Part shown: one piece after another, positions 29,909-39,135 of the stretch
Layout: each line of letters begins with the position of its first letter
Position numbering within the stretch: position 1 is the first letter of the stretch
Source of the DNA: a virus
Reading direction: 5' to 3' (one strand)
DNA length: 64,000 nucleotides
Virus record (IMG/VR): IMGVR_UViG_3300037193_002017
Coordinates: 12,978-76,977 of that record
Translations under genes and position numbers: made by a program
The notes under the pieces: generated by a model
The model's input: the letters and a program-made list of their open reading frames with translations, nothing else
Database searches by the model: none
What the model was told of the DNA's origin: nothing

Positions 29909-30169
29909 CTACGCCTCGTCGCCCTTCTCCAGGTCGGCGCGCTTGCCCTGGCGAATCCCTTCCTGGCGCGCTTTCCAGTACTGGTCGAACCAGGCCACGT
30001 CGTACTCCGGGCGCGAACTCCCGGGTCTGAACACAGGAGCCGGCCAGCCCTCGGCGGGGTTGGTCGCAAGCCGGTGGATGTATGTCCGGCTCACACCCGC
30101 TCGCTCTGCGAGTTTCGGGATGGTCATTGTCTCCCTCTCCGGCTCCTGCCGCTCGGGGGCATCGGGCAT
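29909..30169 (-). CDS. Small HTH (AlpA/Xis-like) regulator, Kor-like repressor candidate
   Basis: TIPKLAERAGVSRTYIHRL...WPAP; divergent from the membrane operon across a palindrome. Confidence 0.75.
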   Translation of the reverse strand: MPDAPERQEPERETMTIPKLAERAGVSRTYIHRLATNPAEGWPAPVFRPGSSRPEYDVAWFDQYWKARQEGIRQGKRADLEKGDEA

Positions 30170-30183
30170 GCGGACATCCTCCC

Positions 30184-30214
30184 CGAGAAGTGTGGACAAT
30201 GTCCACACTTCTCG
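30184..30214. promoter_or_regulatory. Perfect 15-1-15 palindromic operator between divergent promoters
   Basis: cgagaagtgtggaca-a-tgtccacacttctcg; -10-like TACGGT at 30216. Confidence 0.8.
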
Positions 30215-30318
30215 CTACGGTCGTTCTCGGCACAACGGAAAACCCCTCGACCCATGCGGAGTTGCAGCTCCGGGCCGAGGGGTGGACCCGTCCTGAAGCG
30301 AACGAAGGGAACAGGTCC

Positions 30319-30857
30319 GTGGCAGACACTACCCAGCCCGATCAGATCGACGTAGCCCTCAAGGTGCTGCTCGCCGAGCCCACCTACGCCGCACAGACCC
30401 TCACCAAGCTGGCCGGCCTCCTCCAACTGGACCCCGGCCAGCCGATGACCGGCCGCGACCTCGAGCGCGCCATCGACATCGCCGCCGAGGCCGTCCTCAC
30501 CCGACTGCCCGACGTCGTCGCCCGCGACAGCATGCAGCGCATGTACCGGGCCCTCCCGGACCGGTCGGCCACGGTCACCCGCGGCGAGTACGCCCTCCTC
30601 CTGCGCCAGGCTGCCAAGGACCTCGACGCCGTACGAGGTGACCGCCGATGAGCCGGAAACCCACCACGGCCGAGCGCGTCGCCGCGCTCCACCGCCAGTG
30701 CGCCGCCGACTACCGCGCCGCCCACGCGAACCACGACAGCGTCGACCACCTGGACCTCGTGCACGGCCTGGAGGTCGGCTACGACCCGCACGCCCAGGAC
30801 CTGAACACGCTGGCCACCGAGTCCGCCGCCGCACGCCTCGACCACGACGCCGACTGA
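30319..30857 (+). CDS. Two small coupled genes (30319..30651, 30648..30857) heading the membrane operon
   Basis: GAAGGGA RBS; ATGA overlap. Confidence 0.65.
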
Positions 30858-30929
30858 ACCCCGCCAGACCGCCGCGCCCCGGCACATCCCCCGGCCGGGG
30901 CGCGGCCTCCCCACGCACTGGAGTCCTTC

Positions 30930-32537
30930 GTGATCCTGGACCAGCCCTACGCGAGAGCGGCGGCCGAGTACTGGCCCACCGCCCTCGCCGCCGGCCTCCT
31001 CCTCACCACCCTCGCAGGCCTGTGCTGGCTGGTCGTGCGGCGTACCAGCGGCGCCGTCCTCACCGCCGGGATCGGCGCGCTCGTCTGCACCGCCTACACC
31101 GCCGACACCTCCTGGCGGTTCGCCGAGCACCGCCTGGACATGGCCGACCACACCGAGCGCCTGGTGATGTTCGCCGCCGGTGAGGTCGCCCTCCTCGCCT
31201 GCGCGGTCATGGCCCGAGCCAACAAACGCGCCACCGCCACCGAGGACACCGCCGGCACCCCCGGCGTACCCGGCGTACTCGTGTGGACCATCACCGGCGT
31301 CCAGGTCATCCCCGCCTACTCCGAGTCCGGCATCATCGGCGGCACCGTCCGCGCCGTCTTCGGCCCCGTCATGGCCGCCCTGCTCTGGCACCTCGCCATG
31401 GGCCTGGAGATCCGCGTCGCCAAACCGCAGGCCCTCTCCACCGGACTGCCCGCGCAGATCGGCCACGAGCTGCGCGAACGCCTGCTGTCCTACCTCGGAC
31501 TGGCGACCCGGAACCGTACCGCGGAACAGATCAGCCGCGACCGCGCGACCGCCCGCGCCGTACGCCTCGCCTCCCGCCGCCACCGCGGCTGGTGGGCCCG
31601 CGCCGCCCTCAAGGCCGCGGTGGCCCGCTCCGGGGCGGCCGTCGACGGCGAGCGCCGCCACCAGCTCCTGCAGCTGCTCGCCGCACGCCGTACCGCGGCC
31701 GAGCTGAGCACCGTACCCGTCGTCTCGCCGTGGGTAGCCCAGCCCCTACCCGAGCCCTACCCGCCTACCCCGCTCGGCGTCACCGGCGCCGAACTGCGCG
31801 CCATGGACCCGATGGACGCCATCCTCCGGATACACGCCGCACGGCCCGACGCGACGCCCGCAGAGACCGCCGCGCTGTGCACGGAGTACGGCGTACCCGT
31901 CTCCGAGACCCTCGTACGGGTAGCCCTCCGCGCGGGCAACCCCGACCCCACCCCGCCCCCCGCCCCGGCCGTACCCGAGCGGCCCCAGCTCCACGCCGCA
32001 CCCGCACCCGTGCCCGGCCCGCAGGACGCGCCCGTACCGGCCCTACCCGAGGCGGCCGAGCACGAGTACACCAGCCCCGGCCTGCACCTCGACCTCATCA
32101 CCGCCCCCCGGGTACACCCCCAGGTAGCCTGCGCCGTCCCCGCCGCCCACGCCCGTACCCGGCCCGGCCGCACCGAGGTACACGCCCGCCTACCCGAACA
32201 GCCCGAAGCCATCCAGCACACCACCGAGGGAGAACGCGCTACCCGGCCCGCGCAGCCCTCTACCCGGCCCGGGGTAGCCGCTCTACCCGAGCCCGTACCC
32301 GTACCCGGGGTAGACCCCAGGCCCGGCCCGGACGCCCTACCCCACCCCACGGGTACGGCGGGTAGGGACGGTGGCGGGGAGCAGGATCCGCTGCTCGACC
32401 GGGCCCGCGAGGTAGACGCCGCTCACCGCCGTACCCACCGCCGCCCGGCCAGCGTCCAGACCCTCAAGAAGGAGCTGCGGGTAGGGCAGAAGAAGGCCCA
32501 GCAGCTCCGTGACCTCCTCGCAGGCGAGCCCGCATGA
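30930..32537 (+). CDS. Spd-like polytopic membrane protein with Pro-rich linker and C-terminal wHTH
   Basis: About 5 N-terminal TMs; C-terminal PASVQTLKKELRVGQKKAQQLRD (FtsK-gamma-like); architecture recalls Streptomyces plasmid spread proteins. Confidence 0.65.
   Translation: MILDQPYARAAAEYWPTALAAGLLLTTLAGLCWLVVRRTSGAVLTAGIGALVCTAYTADTSWRFAEHRLDMADHTERLVMFAAGEVALLACAVMARANKRATATEDTAGTPGVPGVLVWTITGVQVIPAYSESGIIGGTVRAVFGPVMAALLWHLAMGLEIRVAKPQALSTGLPAQIGHELRERLLSYLGLATRNRTAEQISRDRATARAVRLASRRHRGWWARAALKAAVARSGAAVDGERRHQLLQLLAARRTAAELSTVPVVSPWVAQPLPEPYPPTPLGVTGAELRAMDPMDAILRIHAARPDATPAETAALCTEYGVPVSETLVRVALRAGNPDPTPPPAPAVPERPQLHAAPAPVPGPQDAPVPALPEAAEHEYTSPGLHLDLITAPRVHPQVACAVPAAHARTRPGRTEVHARLPEQPEAIQHTTEGERATRPAQPSTRPGVAALPEPVPVPGVDPRPGPDALPHPTGTAGRDGGGEQDPLLDRAREVDAAHRRTHRRPASVQTLKKELRVGQKKAQQLRDLLAGEPA
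31713..32484. repeat. Intragenic cluster of about 24 STACCC/GGGTAS hexamers
   Basis: Counted by eye; both orientations and several frames; about 5 more at 32950-33040. Confidence 0.75.
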
Positions 32538-32905
32538 ACCACGCTGCAGAGCCCCTGGACCTGGCCGCCGCCAGCACCCCCGCCAGCGCGTTACCGCACC
32601 GAAGGAACCCCGTGATACTCGCCGCCCTCGTGGCGCTCGGCCTGGCCCCCGGCCTGATCACCGCCGTACACGTGCACCGCACCCACGGCCCCGTCAGAGC
32701 CGCCCTCGCCGCCGCCGGCGTCACTCTCGCCCTGGCCGCCGCGCTGCTCGGCGTCCTCCTCGTCTTCCCGCCGCTCGCCATCGCCTGCGCGGCCGGATGC
32801 GTCCTGGCCGCGCTCCGCGCCTACGACCAGGCGCGCCTCACTGCGGCGAGCAGCTGGCTGAGCTTGGCCGGCCTGTTCGCGTGGTGTGCGAGGTGGCGGT
32901 CATGA
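32534..32905 (+). CDS. Multi-TM membrane protein (TTA codon at 32591)
   Basis: ATGA overlap; highly hydrophobic. Confidence 0.7.
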   Translation: MNHAAEPLDLAAASTPASALPHRRNPVILAALVALGLAPGLITAVHVHRTHGPVRAALAAAGVTLALAAALLGVLLVFPPLAIACAAGCVLAALRAYDQARLTAASSWLSLAGLFAWCARWRS

Positions 32906-33447
32906 GCAAGGACACCCCCATCGTCCCCACCCGCGTCATCCCCGCCGGCGTACCCCTGCCCGCCCGGCCCCCCGAGCCCGGCGAGGTACCCCCCTGGCGC
33001 ACCCCGCCTACCCCACCACCGGCTACCCCGCCCGTACCCCCTCCGCCTGCGCCGCCTGCGGAGCCTCAGGCCGTCGTCGTACGCCACGTCCACGAAGTGG
33101 TCCTGGTCGTCCCCGACCCCGAGCCGGAACCCCGGCTGTGGGAACGCCTCTGGGAACGGCTGTTCACGTGGCGGATGATCGCCGCGATCCTCGCCGCCCT
33201 CCTTCCGTGGGCGGCCGGGCAGAGCCCCGTCGGCCTGTGGTCCCACACCGTCCACCAGGCCCGCGCCGAGGCGGGGATCGTCGCTGCGTACGTCATCGCC
33301 GCCGTCGCCGTCGCCGCGACGTGGGCCCTGGACCGGCGTACCGGCCGTCTCGTGCCCCGCTTCCTCCTTGTCACCAGCTCACTCGGGGCGTTCGGCGTCC
33401 TGCACTGGTTCGACCCCATCACCCTGCTCACCGGAGTCCACCTGTGA
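32902..33447 (+). CDS. Membrane protein with Pro-rich N-terminus
   Basis: ATGA overlap; 3 TM segments. Confidence 0.7.
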   Translation: MSKDTPIVPTRVIPAGVPLPARPPEPGEVPPWRTPPTPPPATPPVPPPPAPPAEPQAVVVRHVHEVVLVVPDPEPEPRLWERLWERLFTWRMIAAILAALLPWAAGQSPVGLWSHTVHQARAEAGIVAAYVIAAVAVAATWALDRRTGRLVPRFLLVTSSLGAFGVLHWFDPITLLTGVHL

Positions 33448-33956
33448 CCGCCACCAACACCCTCACCATCGGCGGCCTCCTCGCCGCCCTGATCATCCTG
33501 ACCTGCAACCTCTACCCCTGGTGGACCGGCAACAGGGAGATGAAGCAGCTCTCTTCGTTCGGCAAGGGGTTCGGGGCCGCCGCCTGTGCCGCGGCGTGCC
33601 CGGGCGGCATCCTCGGCTGGGCTCACCACCGATCCGGAACCATCGCCAACGACACCGGCGAGAAGACCAGCACCGCCGTCACCGGCACATCCTCCGCCGC
33701 TGGCCTGACCACCGGGCAGCTCGTCGGCCTCGGCGCCACGGGCGCGGTCGTCGTGGTCATCGCGGTCACCCTCGTCGTCCTGTCGTACAAGGCGGCGGGG
33801 AAGAAAGACAAGAAGCGGATCATCGGCGGCGCCTTCGTCGGCTCCACGTTCTGCCTCACCGCAGGCGTCGCCGGGGCCCTGTCCTGGCTTCCTGCCGCCC
33901 TCAACGCGGCTGGCGGCGGCATCCTCGCCTTCTTCCAGGGCGCGGGCATCCTGTGA
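33444..33956 (+). CDS. Gly/Ala-rich multi-TM protein
   Basis: GTGA overlaps; hydrophobic hairpins. Confidence 0.7.
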   Translation: MTATNTLTIGGLLAALIILTCNLYPWWTGNREMKQLSSFGKGFGAAACAAACPGGILGWAHHRSGTIANDTGEKTSTAVTGTSSAAGLTTGQLVGLGATGAVVVVIAVTLVVLSYKAAGKKDKKRIIGGAFVGSTFCLTAGVAGALSWLPAALNAAGGGILAFFQGAGIL

Positions 33957-34543
33957 GCCGCCTCGCCTGTATCGCCGACCGTCTCGCCACCGGCTCCCGC
34001 CTCCACACCCGCCGCCTCGTGAACGGGGCCGTGGCCTGGTGCGCGCGCGGCCGACGCGACGACCTCAAGGGCTGGAAAGCGGCCCTCGGCATCATCGCCC
34101 GCCTCGCCCTCCTCGCCGTCGGCGCGTACGTACTGGCCCGCCTCGTACGGGCCCTGCCGTCCCTCATGTGGCTGCTCACCGGATGGTGGACGCTCGCCTC
34201 CTGGCGGGCCGGGAAACCCGCCGACACCCCCCAGGAGAAGGCCCCCGAGGGGCGATCGGTGGAGGCCGACCGGGAGGCCGTCCGCACCCTCCTGCTCACG
34301 GTCATGGGGGAGGCGGACAAGGTGCACCTCCGGGCCGTCCTCGCCCACCTCCACCAACAGGGCCAGTGGGAGGGCCGCACGGTCACCGATATGCGCCACC
34401 GACTGGCCGCCCTGGACATCCCCTTCGACCGCTCCGTGAAGGTGGCCGGAATCCCCACCTGGGGGGTCCGCCGAAACGACCTGCAGACCCCTTCCCCAGC
34501 CACCGCCGAGGAAGCGTCTCCCACCGCGTCTACCGCCGCCTGA
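33953..34543 (+). CDS. Membrane-anchored wHTH protein resembling TraB without its ATPase domain
   Basis: 2 TMs then DKVHLRAVLAHL...W....DMRHRLAALDIP....VKV.G..TWGVRRNDL; no Walker A motif. Confidence 0.6.
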   Translation: MSRLACIADRLATGSRLHTRRLVNGAVAWCARGRRDDLKGWKAALGIIARLALLAVGAYVLARLVRALPSLMWLLTGWWTLASWRAGKPADTPQEKAPEGRSVEADREAVRTLLLTVMGEADKVHLRAVLAHLHQQGQWEGRTVTDMRHRLAALDIPFDRSVKVAGIPTWGVRRNDLQTPSPATAEEASPTASTAA

Positions 34544-34602
34544 CCTGCACGTCTACCGGCCGTCTACCGCCATCTACCGATGCATCTACCGGCCGTCTAC
34601 CG
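34527..34602 (+). repeat. Six direct repeats CRTCTACCG (clt/TRS-like array)
   Basis: Copies start at 34527, 34550, 34561, 34571, 34583 and 34594. Confidence 0.85.
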
Positions 34603-34620
34603 GCCAGAGAGGGGGCCGTC

Positions 34621-35065
34621 GTGCCCAAGTACACGTACCAGTCCGCGCCCGGGCTGAGGGTCCGCACCACGAACTACCGCGGCAGCGCCCAGGAGTTCGC
34701 GGACGCGCTCGCCGAAGACTGCCGCGCAGATCACGGCGTTGAGCCGGACGTGCGTGTGTGGAACGGCGAAGGGCCGGTAACCGAGCCGCCCGCCGCAACC
34801 GCACCGTGACGCGTCTCCCATAAGCCCCGGGGCGGCCGCCCCTCCGCCAAGAAGTACGGCCGCCCCGGTCACCCATCCCGAACGAGACAGGAGCACCATC
34901 ATGGGCCTGTTCACCCGCAAAACCGAGACCGACCTCCTCGCCGACACTGTGGCCAGCCTCCCGCCCCAACCGGCCAACTGGACACCCGAGCAGTACGCCC
35001 AGTTCACCCAGCAGTCGAACCGCGCCATGCGCGAGCAGAACGGTGTAGACCCGGACGCCGACTGA
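34621..35065 (+). CDS. Two small genes (34621..34809, 34901..35065)
   Basis: GAGGGGG and AGGAG RBSs; followed by a hairpin at ~35085-35128. Confidence 0.55.
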
Positions 35066-35173
35066 CACCCCCTGCCACACTGAAGCCGTAGGCCCCGCCG
35101 CGCCCCCCCGTCGCGCCGGGGCCTACGCCATGTCCGCGTGCGGCCCGCGACGACCCGGACCATCCTGAGGGGT

Positions 35174-35389
35174 ATGTCCCCGCTGCCGCTGGTCGTCGTC
35201 TACCCGCCCGACGAGGACGGCGGCCGCCGCGTACGCGCCGGAGGCGAAATCCTCGGCCTCGCATACGACCTGAACGACCTGGTGGAGTTCCTCCGACGAG
35301 CAGGCCTGGACGACTGGGACGCTCTCGACGCACGCACCAGCGGCCTGATCGAATGGCGCGGCGGCGGCCCCGACACCTGGCCCCCGTGA
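35174..35389 (+). CDS. Small conserved Streptomyces hypothetical protein
   Basis: GGRRVR.GGEILGLAY...LVEFLRRAGL...IEWRGGGP. Confidence 0.7.
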   Translation: MSPLPLVVVYPPDEDGGRRVRAGGEILGLAYDLNDLVEFLRRAGLDDWDALDARTSGLIEWRGGGPDTWPP

Positions 35390-35419
35390 CGACCCGCCCC
35401 GCCTCGTGCCGCGGAACCG

Positions 35420-35890
35420 TCAGATGATCGGCGACCCTGGCTGCAGTTCCTCCAGCTGACCGAACTCGTCCCGACTCCAGCGGACCCCGTTGTCGTCCGT
35501 GAAGTGGAGCGCCGGCCTGCTCCGGTCCACCGTGTCCTCCGTCCACCGCGGCGACTCGAAGTCCACGCTGCGTCCGCCACCGATCAGATGCACGGGGACC
35601 GTACGCCGCCCTCCGTCAGGCAGGCCGCGTGCCTCGACCTCGGCGGCCGCCGCAGCGTTATACACGCCCCCGAAGCGCACCATCACGTCATGAATCGGAG
35701 CGCCGCTGCCGTTCACGACCGTCACATCCCACCGGTCATACCCGGTGTCATCGCCGTACCCGTTCGTCCCAGTACTGCCTGCGGTCCGGAACGTCATCTC
35801 CACCTGGCGCGCCTGAGCGACCCGCCGTTCAGCGGCAAGAGCACGCAACTCCTCGCGCTCCAGCCGCGTGGCGAGGTCGCCTACGTCCAC
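35420..35890 (-). CDS. Hypothetical accessory protein
   Basis: AGGAG RBS; VVNGSGAPI.DV...FTDDNGVRW.R motif. Confidence 0.6.
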   Translation of the reverse strand: MDVGDLATRLEREELRALAAERRVAQARQVEMTFRTAGSTGTNGYGDDTGYDRWDVTVVNGSGAPIHDVMVRFGGVYNAAAAAEVEARGLPDGGRRTVPVHLIGGGRSVDFESPRWTEDTVDRSRPALHFTDDNGVRWSRDEFGQLEELQPGSPII

Positions 35891-35974
35891 TGCGCTCCTG
35901 TCCTTGATCGCTACTCGCTGCGCACCACCACGGGCACGGCATTTTGCTTCGCCGCGACGGGCGCACTCTCCCGC

Positions 35975-36451
35975 CTATGCGGCCTTCAACTCATCGGTGG
36001 TCATCGTGAACTGCAGCGACGTGCCACCGCCCATGATCGTGTACGTGTCCTTGGGGCACGGCGAGCCATCAATCCCGGCGTTGGGGTCGCCCAGGCACTC
36101 ATGCTCGGTATACGCGTCGACGGCCTTGTTGATCTTCTCAATCTCCTTCATGGAGCGCGGGTACGCCTCCTCGGCCCCGGCGTCCTGGATGGCGGACTCG
36201 AGATCGGAGACGACCAACGCGATGTCTGTGAGGTGTTCAGCGCAGGCCTGATCGCCGACCTCAGCACAGACGCCGGACCGACCCTCGGTAGCTTCCTCCA
36301 GCTTCGGAATCCACTCGCTGGACAACCCGGAGACCGAGGCGCTGGGTGATGTGCTCGTGTCCGTGCCGCCGCCACCTTCGCTGGACGTACAGCCCGTTAC
36401 CCCGAGCACGAGTGCGGCTACGAGCGTGACGGCCGCGCGTGTGTGATGCAT
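35975..36451 (-). CDS. Lipoprotein (superinfection-exclusion candidate)
   Basis: Signal peptide with lipobox VTGC, Ser/Thr linker, two Cys pairs. Confidence 0.7.
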   Translation of the reverse strand: MHHTRAAVTLVAALVLGVTGCTSSEGGGGTDTSTSPSASVSGLSSEWIPKLEEATEGRSGVCAEVGDQACAEHLTDIALVVSDLESAIQDAGAEEAYPRSMKEIEKINKAVDAYTEHECLGDPNAGIDGSPCPKDTYTIMGGGTSLQFTMTTDELKAA

Positions 36452-36608
36452 GAGTTGCCCCCCTTGCTGGTGCGGCGAGGGTAGGACACTAGGTGCCCGC
36501 AGTGAGCAGGAAACCGCCCGATTGCCCAGCCCGTTCTGGGCCCAAGGCGCCTGCGCCTCCGTCCGCCCGGCCTGCCGTCCTGCATCCCACAGGTGGCATC
36601 CTGAGCGC

Positions 36609-36809
36609 ATGAGCGACCCCATGATCGTGGACATCTACGCCGCCGCTCTCAGTGTCGCGCAGAAGCCTGGCACCATCCGTCAGTGGATCCACCGGGGCGA
36701 GATCACACACCGCGGCTACGACAAGCGCCGCCGCGTCCTCGTCGACCTTGACGAGTTGCAACGGGTCGTGCACGACAAGGCGCTGCGGGCCCGCCAGGAA
36801 GCGGCTTGA
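36609..36809 (+). CDS. Small HTH protein upstream of the late operon
   Basis: AAALSVAQKPGTIRQWIHRG.I....R.LVDLDEL. Confidence 0.75.
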   Translation: MSDPMIVDIYAAALSVAQKPGTIRQWIHRGEITHRGYDKRRRVLVDLDELQRVVHDKALRARQEAA

Positions 36810-36950
36810 CCACTGCTCTGACCTCCTGTAACACTCGACCCACGTTCAGCATGTCCAAACATGCTTCACAAAACGCCCCCAACGGGCACCACAGACCGCA
36901 TGGCGAAGGCCCCGAGAGCATCTGACTCCGGGGCCTTCGCCATGCCCAGG
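36806..36950 (+). promoter_or_regulatory. Putative late promoter followed by a long leader hairpin
   Basis: TTGACC-N17-TAACAC; gcatggcgaaggcccc...ggggccttcgccatgc stem. Confidence 0.5.
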
Positions 36951-37047
36951 CGCCCGCCGCACGGCAGGCCGCTCACGCCATGGCCCCCAGCCACGGCCCG
37001 CTGCAGCCGTACGACGGGCGCCCCAGCCCACGCGGGAGGTGACCCCG

Positions 37048-37341
37048 ATGGCCGGCAACCCCCGCAACGGCAGGCCGTACAGACGCCTCTGCGCCCAGCA
37101 ACGCGCACTCCTCCTGCCCTGCTGGTGGTGCAAGAAGGACATCGACTACAGCCTCACCGGTCGTGCCGGCCAGACCAGCCCCTGGGCGTTCACCCTCGAC
37201 CACGCCGTCCCACTGTCCAAGGGCGGCAACCTCCTCGACCCCACCAACGCTCGTAGCGCGCACCGCCGATGCAACAGCGCCCGCGGCAACCGCACCACCA
37301 CACAGCCCCGGACACGCGAGCAAGCCACACGAAGGTGGTGA
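37048..37341 (+). CDS. HNH endonuclease (packaging-associated)
   Basis: CWWC...LDH..PLSKGG...N...AHRRCN..RG. Confidence 0.88.
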   Translation: MAGNPRNGRPYRRLCAQQRALLLPCWWCKKDIDYSLTGRAGQTSPWAFTLDHAVPLSKGGNLLDPTNARSAHRRCNSARGNRTTTQPRTREQATRRW

Positions 37342-37343
37342 CC

Positions 37344-39102
37344 ATGGCGTACGAAGACGACCTCGCCGACCTGCAGAGCCGCATCCTCACCGCCTTGCGC
37401 ACCCAGCCACCCCGCGTCCTGCGCTGGTACCGCCCTGAAGCGACAGGCATCGAGCGCCGCGTCCGCGAGGCCCTCGACAACCCCCGCTACGCCGCAGCAC
37501 GCCTGCCCGGCCGCCTCGCCTGCCGCCTCCTCCACCGTCACAACTGGACCTGCATCGGCACGAACCGACACCCGGACAGGTGGTAGCCATGCGCAACCTG
37601 GACCACAACGGGCGCCACGTACTGCGATGGCTGGAGCGTCGCCTCCAGCGAGAGATGAAGCGCTCACTGGAGGAGCTGACACACGCCCTGCAGGAGGGGA
37701 AGTACCCATGCTCGACCCGCAGCCCCGAGAGCCCGCAGCCGACTCGCGAAGGTGGTGGCCGGCCTACCGCTACCCCAGCGACTGCCCCAACGCCCCCGCC
37801 TACTGGCTCCTCTTCGCCCTGAGTGAGCCCCGCGAGTTCGCCTACGTCGCGCCTCGACGTATCGCCTGCCGCCTCCTGCGACGACACAACGTCACCTGCC
37901 GAGGCCGCGCCGACCACCCACGCACCGTCACCGTCCAGCTGGACAACAGCACTGGCACCTTCACCCCGCGGAGGCGATGACATGGCAGTCGGCAGCTTCA
38001 CCCTGAGCGCCCGCTGCCCCGCCTGCGGCCAGCCCATCGAACTCAACGCCACGCTCCGGCCAGAACTGAAGCGCAACGTGCTCGGCATCGACACCGCGCC
38101 CATCCACACCCACATCCGCGAGGCTCATCCCGGGCAGGCGCAGGCCGTCACCGAGGGTCAGTGAAACGATGACAGGCATGACCGATGATCTAGTGCAGTG
38201 GCTCACGGCCCAGCTCGACGAGGACGAGCGGGTGGCACGCGGCTGTAGCGGTGAGGCGTGGTGGGAGCACCCGAAGAACTGGGTGAGCGCTCCGCCGTTG
38301 AACCGCGTTGCCGTCGTTGTGCATGACGGTGATCGCGGCCACATCGTGCGTCATGATCCGGCGCGGGTGCTGCGCGAGATCGAGGCCAAGCGCGAGCTCC
38401 TCACCGAGCACACCGACACCAACGACGGCTCATGCCGGACCTGCGTCGACGGCCACTGGGGCTACCCCACGCACGGCGGCAGCACGCCTCAGCGCTACCC
38501 CTGCCGCACGCTCCGCCTGGCCGCACTGCCCTACGCCGATCGGCCTGGCTACCAGGAGCAATGGCGCCCGTAGACGTCAGGGTGACGCAGTGTGGACAGC
38601 TTCACCGACACCTACATGGACTGGGACCTGGTGGCCTGCACGCCCATGTGCCGACGCCCGTGGCGCCGGCGGCGGTGGCGAGCGCCCCGCATCTGGACGT
38701 GCCCCGGCTGTCACACCCGCTGGACCCTCGAAGGCCGGCGCTGGACGCAGGCCATGAGCCCCGCCCAACTCGCCCGCCTCGAACGTGAGCTCGGGATGTA
38801 GCGCTGGCCTGCTCGATGATGAGCCCATGACGACATACAACGGACCTGCCACCGTCACAGCCGACGGCACGCAGTACGAGGTAACCGCCCAGCTCACCGT
38901 GACGCCCGTCGGCCACCTGAAGGAGTGGTACGGCTCCCTGCAGGCCCAGGACGACGCGGCCGCCTGGAACATCCTGAACGCCAGCACGGCCATCCTTCGC
39001 GTTGCCGAGGGCCGCGAGAGTGCCTTCACGGCCACCGGCTCCAGCGCAGGATCCAACGAGCTCGACATCCAGGGCGGCGGCCCTGCGCCCTTCGGGGACT
39101 GA
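37344..39102 (+). CDS. Small genes between HNH and terminase (37344..37586, 37708..37980, 37982..38164, 38169..38573 DUF6221-like, 38592..38801, 38827..39102)
   Basis: RBSs; HDPARVLREIEAKR...LALPYADRPGY motif in 38169..38573. Confidence 0.6.
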
Positions 39103-39135
39103 CCCACTACGCGGCTGGCGAGGCGGTGATGCTCC

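Noticed and set aside
34527-34602. CRISPR-like array
   Set aside because: Repeats are 9 bp with mostly 1-3 nt gaps; no spacers or cas genes.
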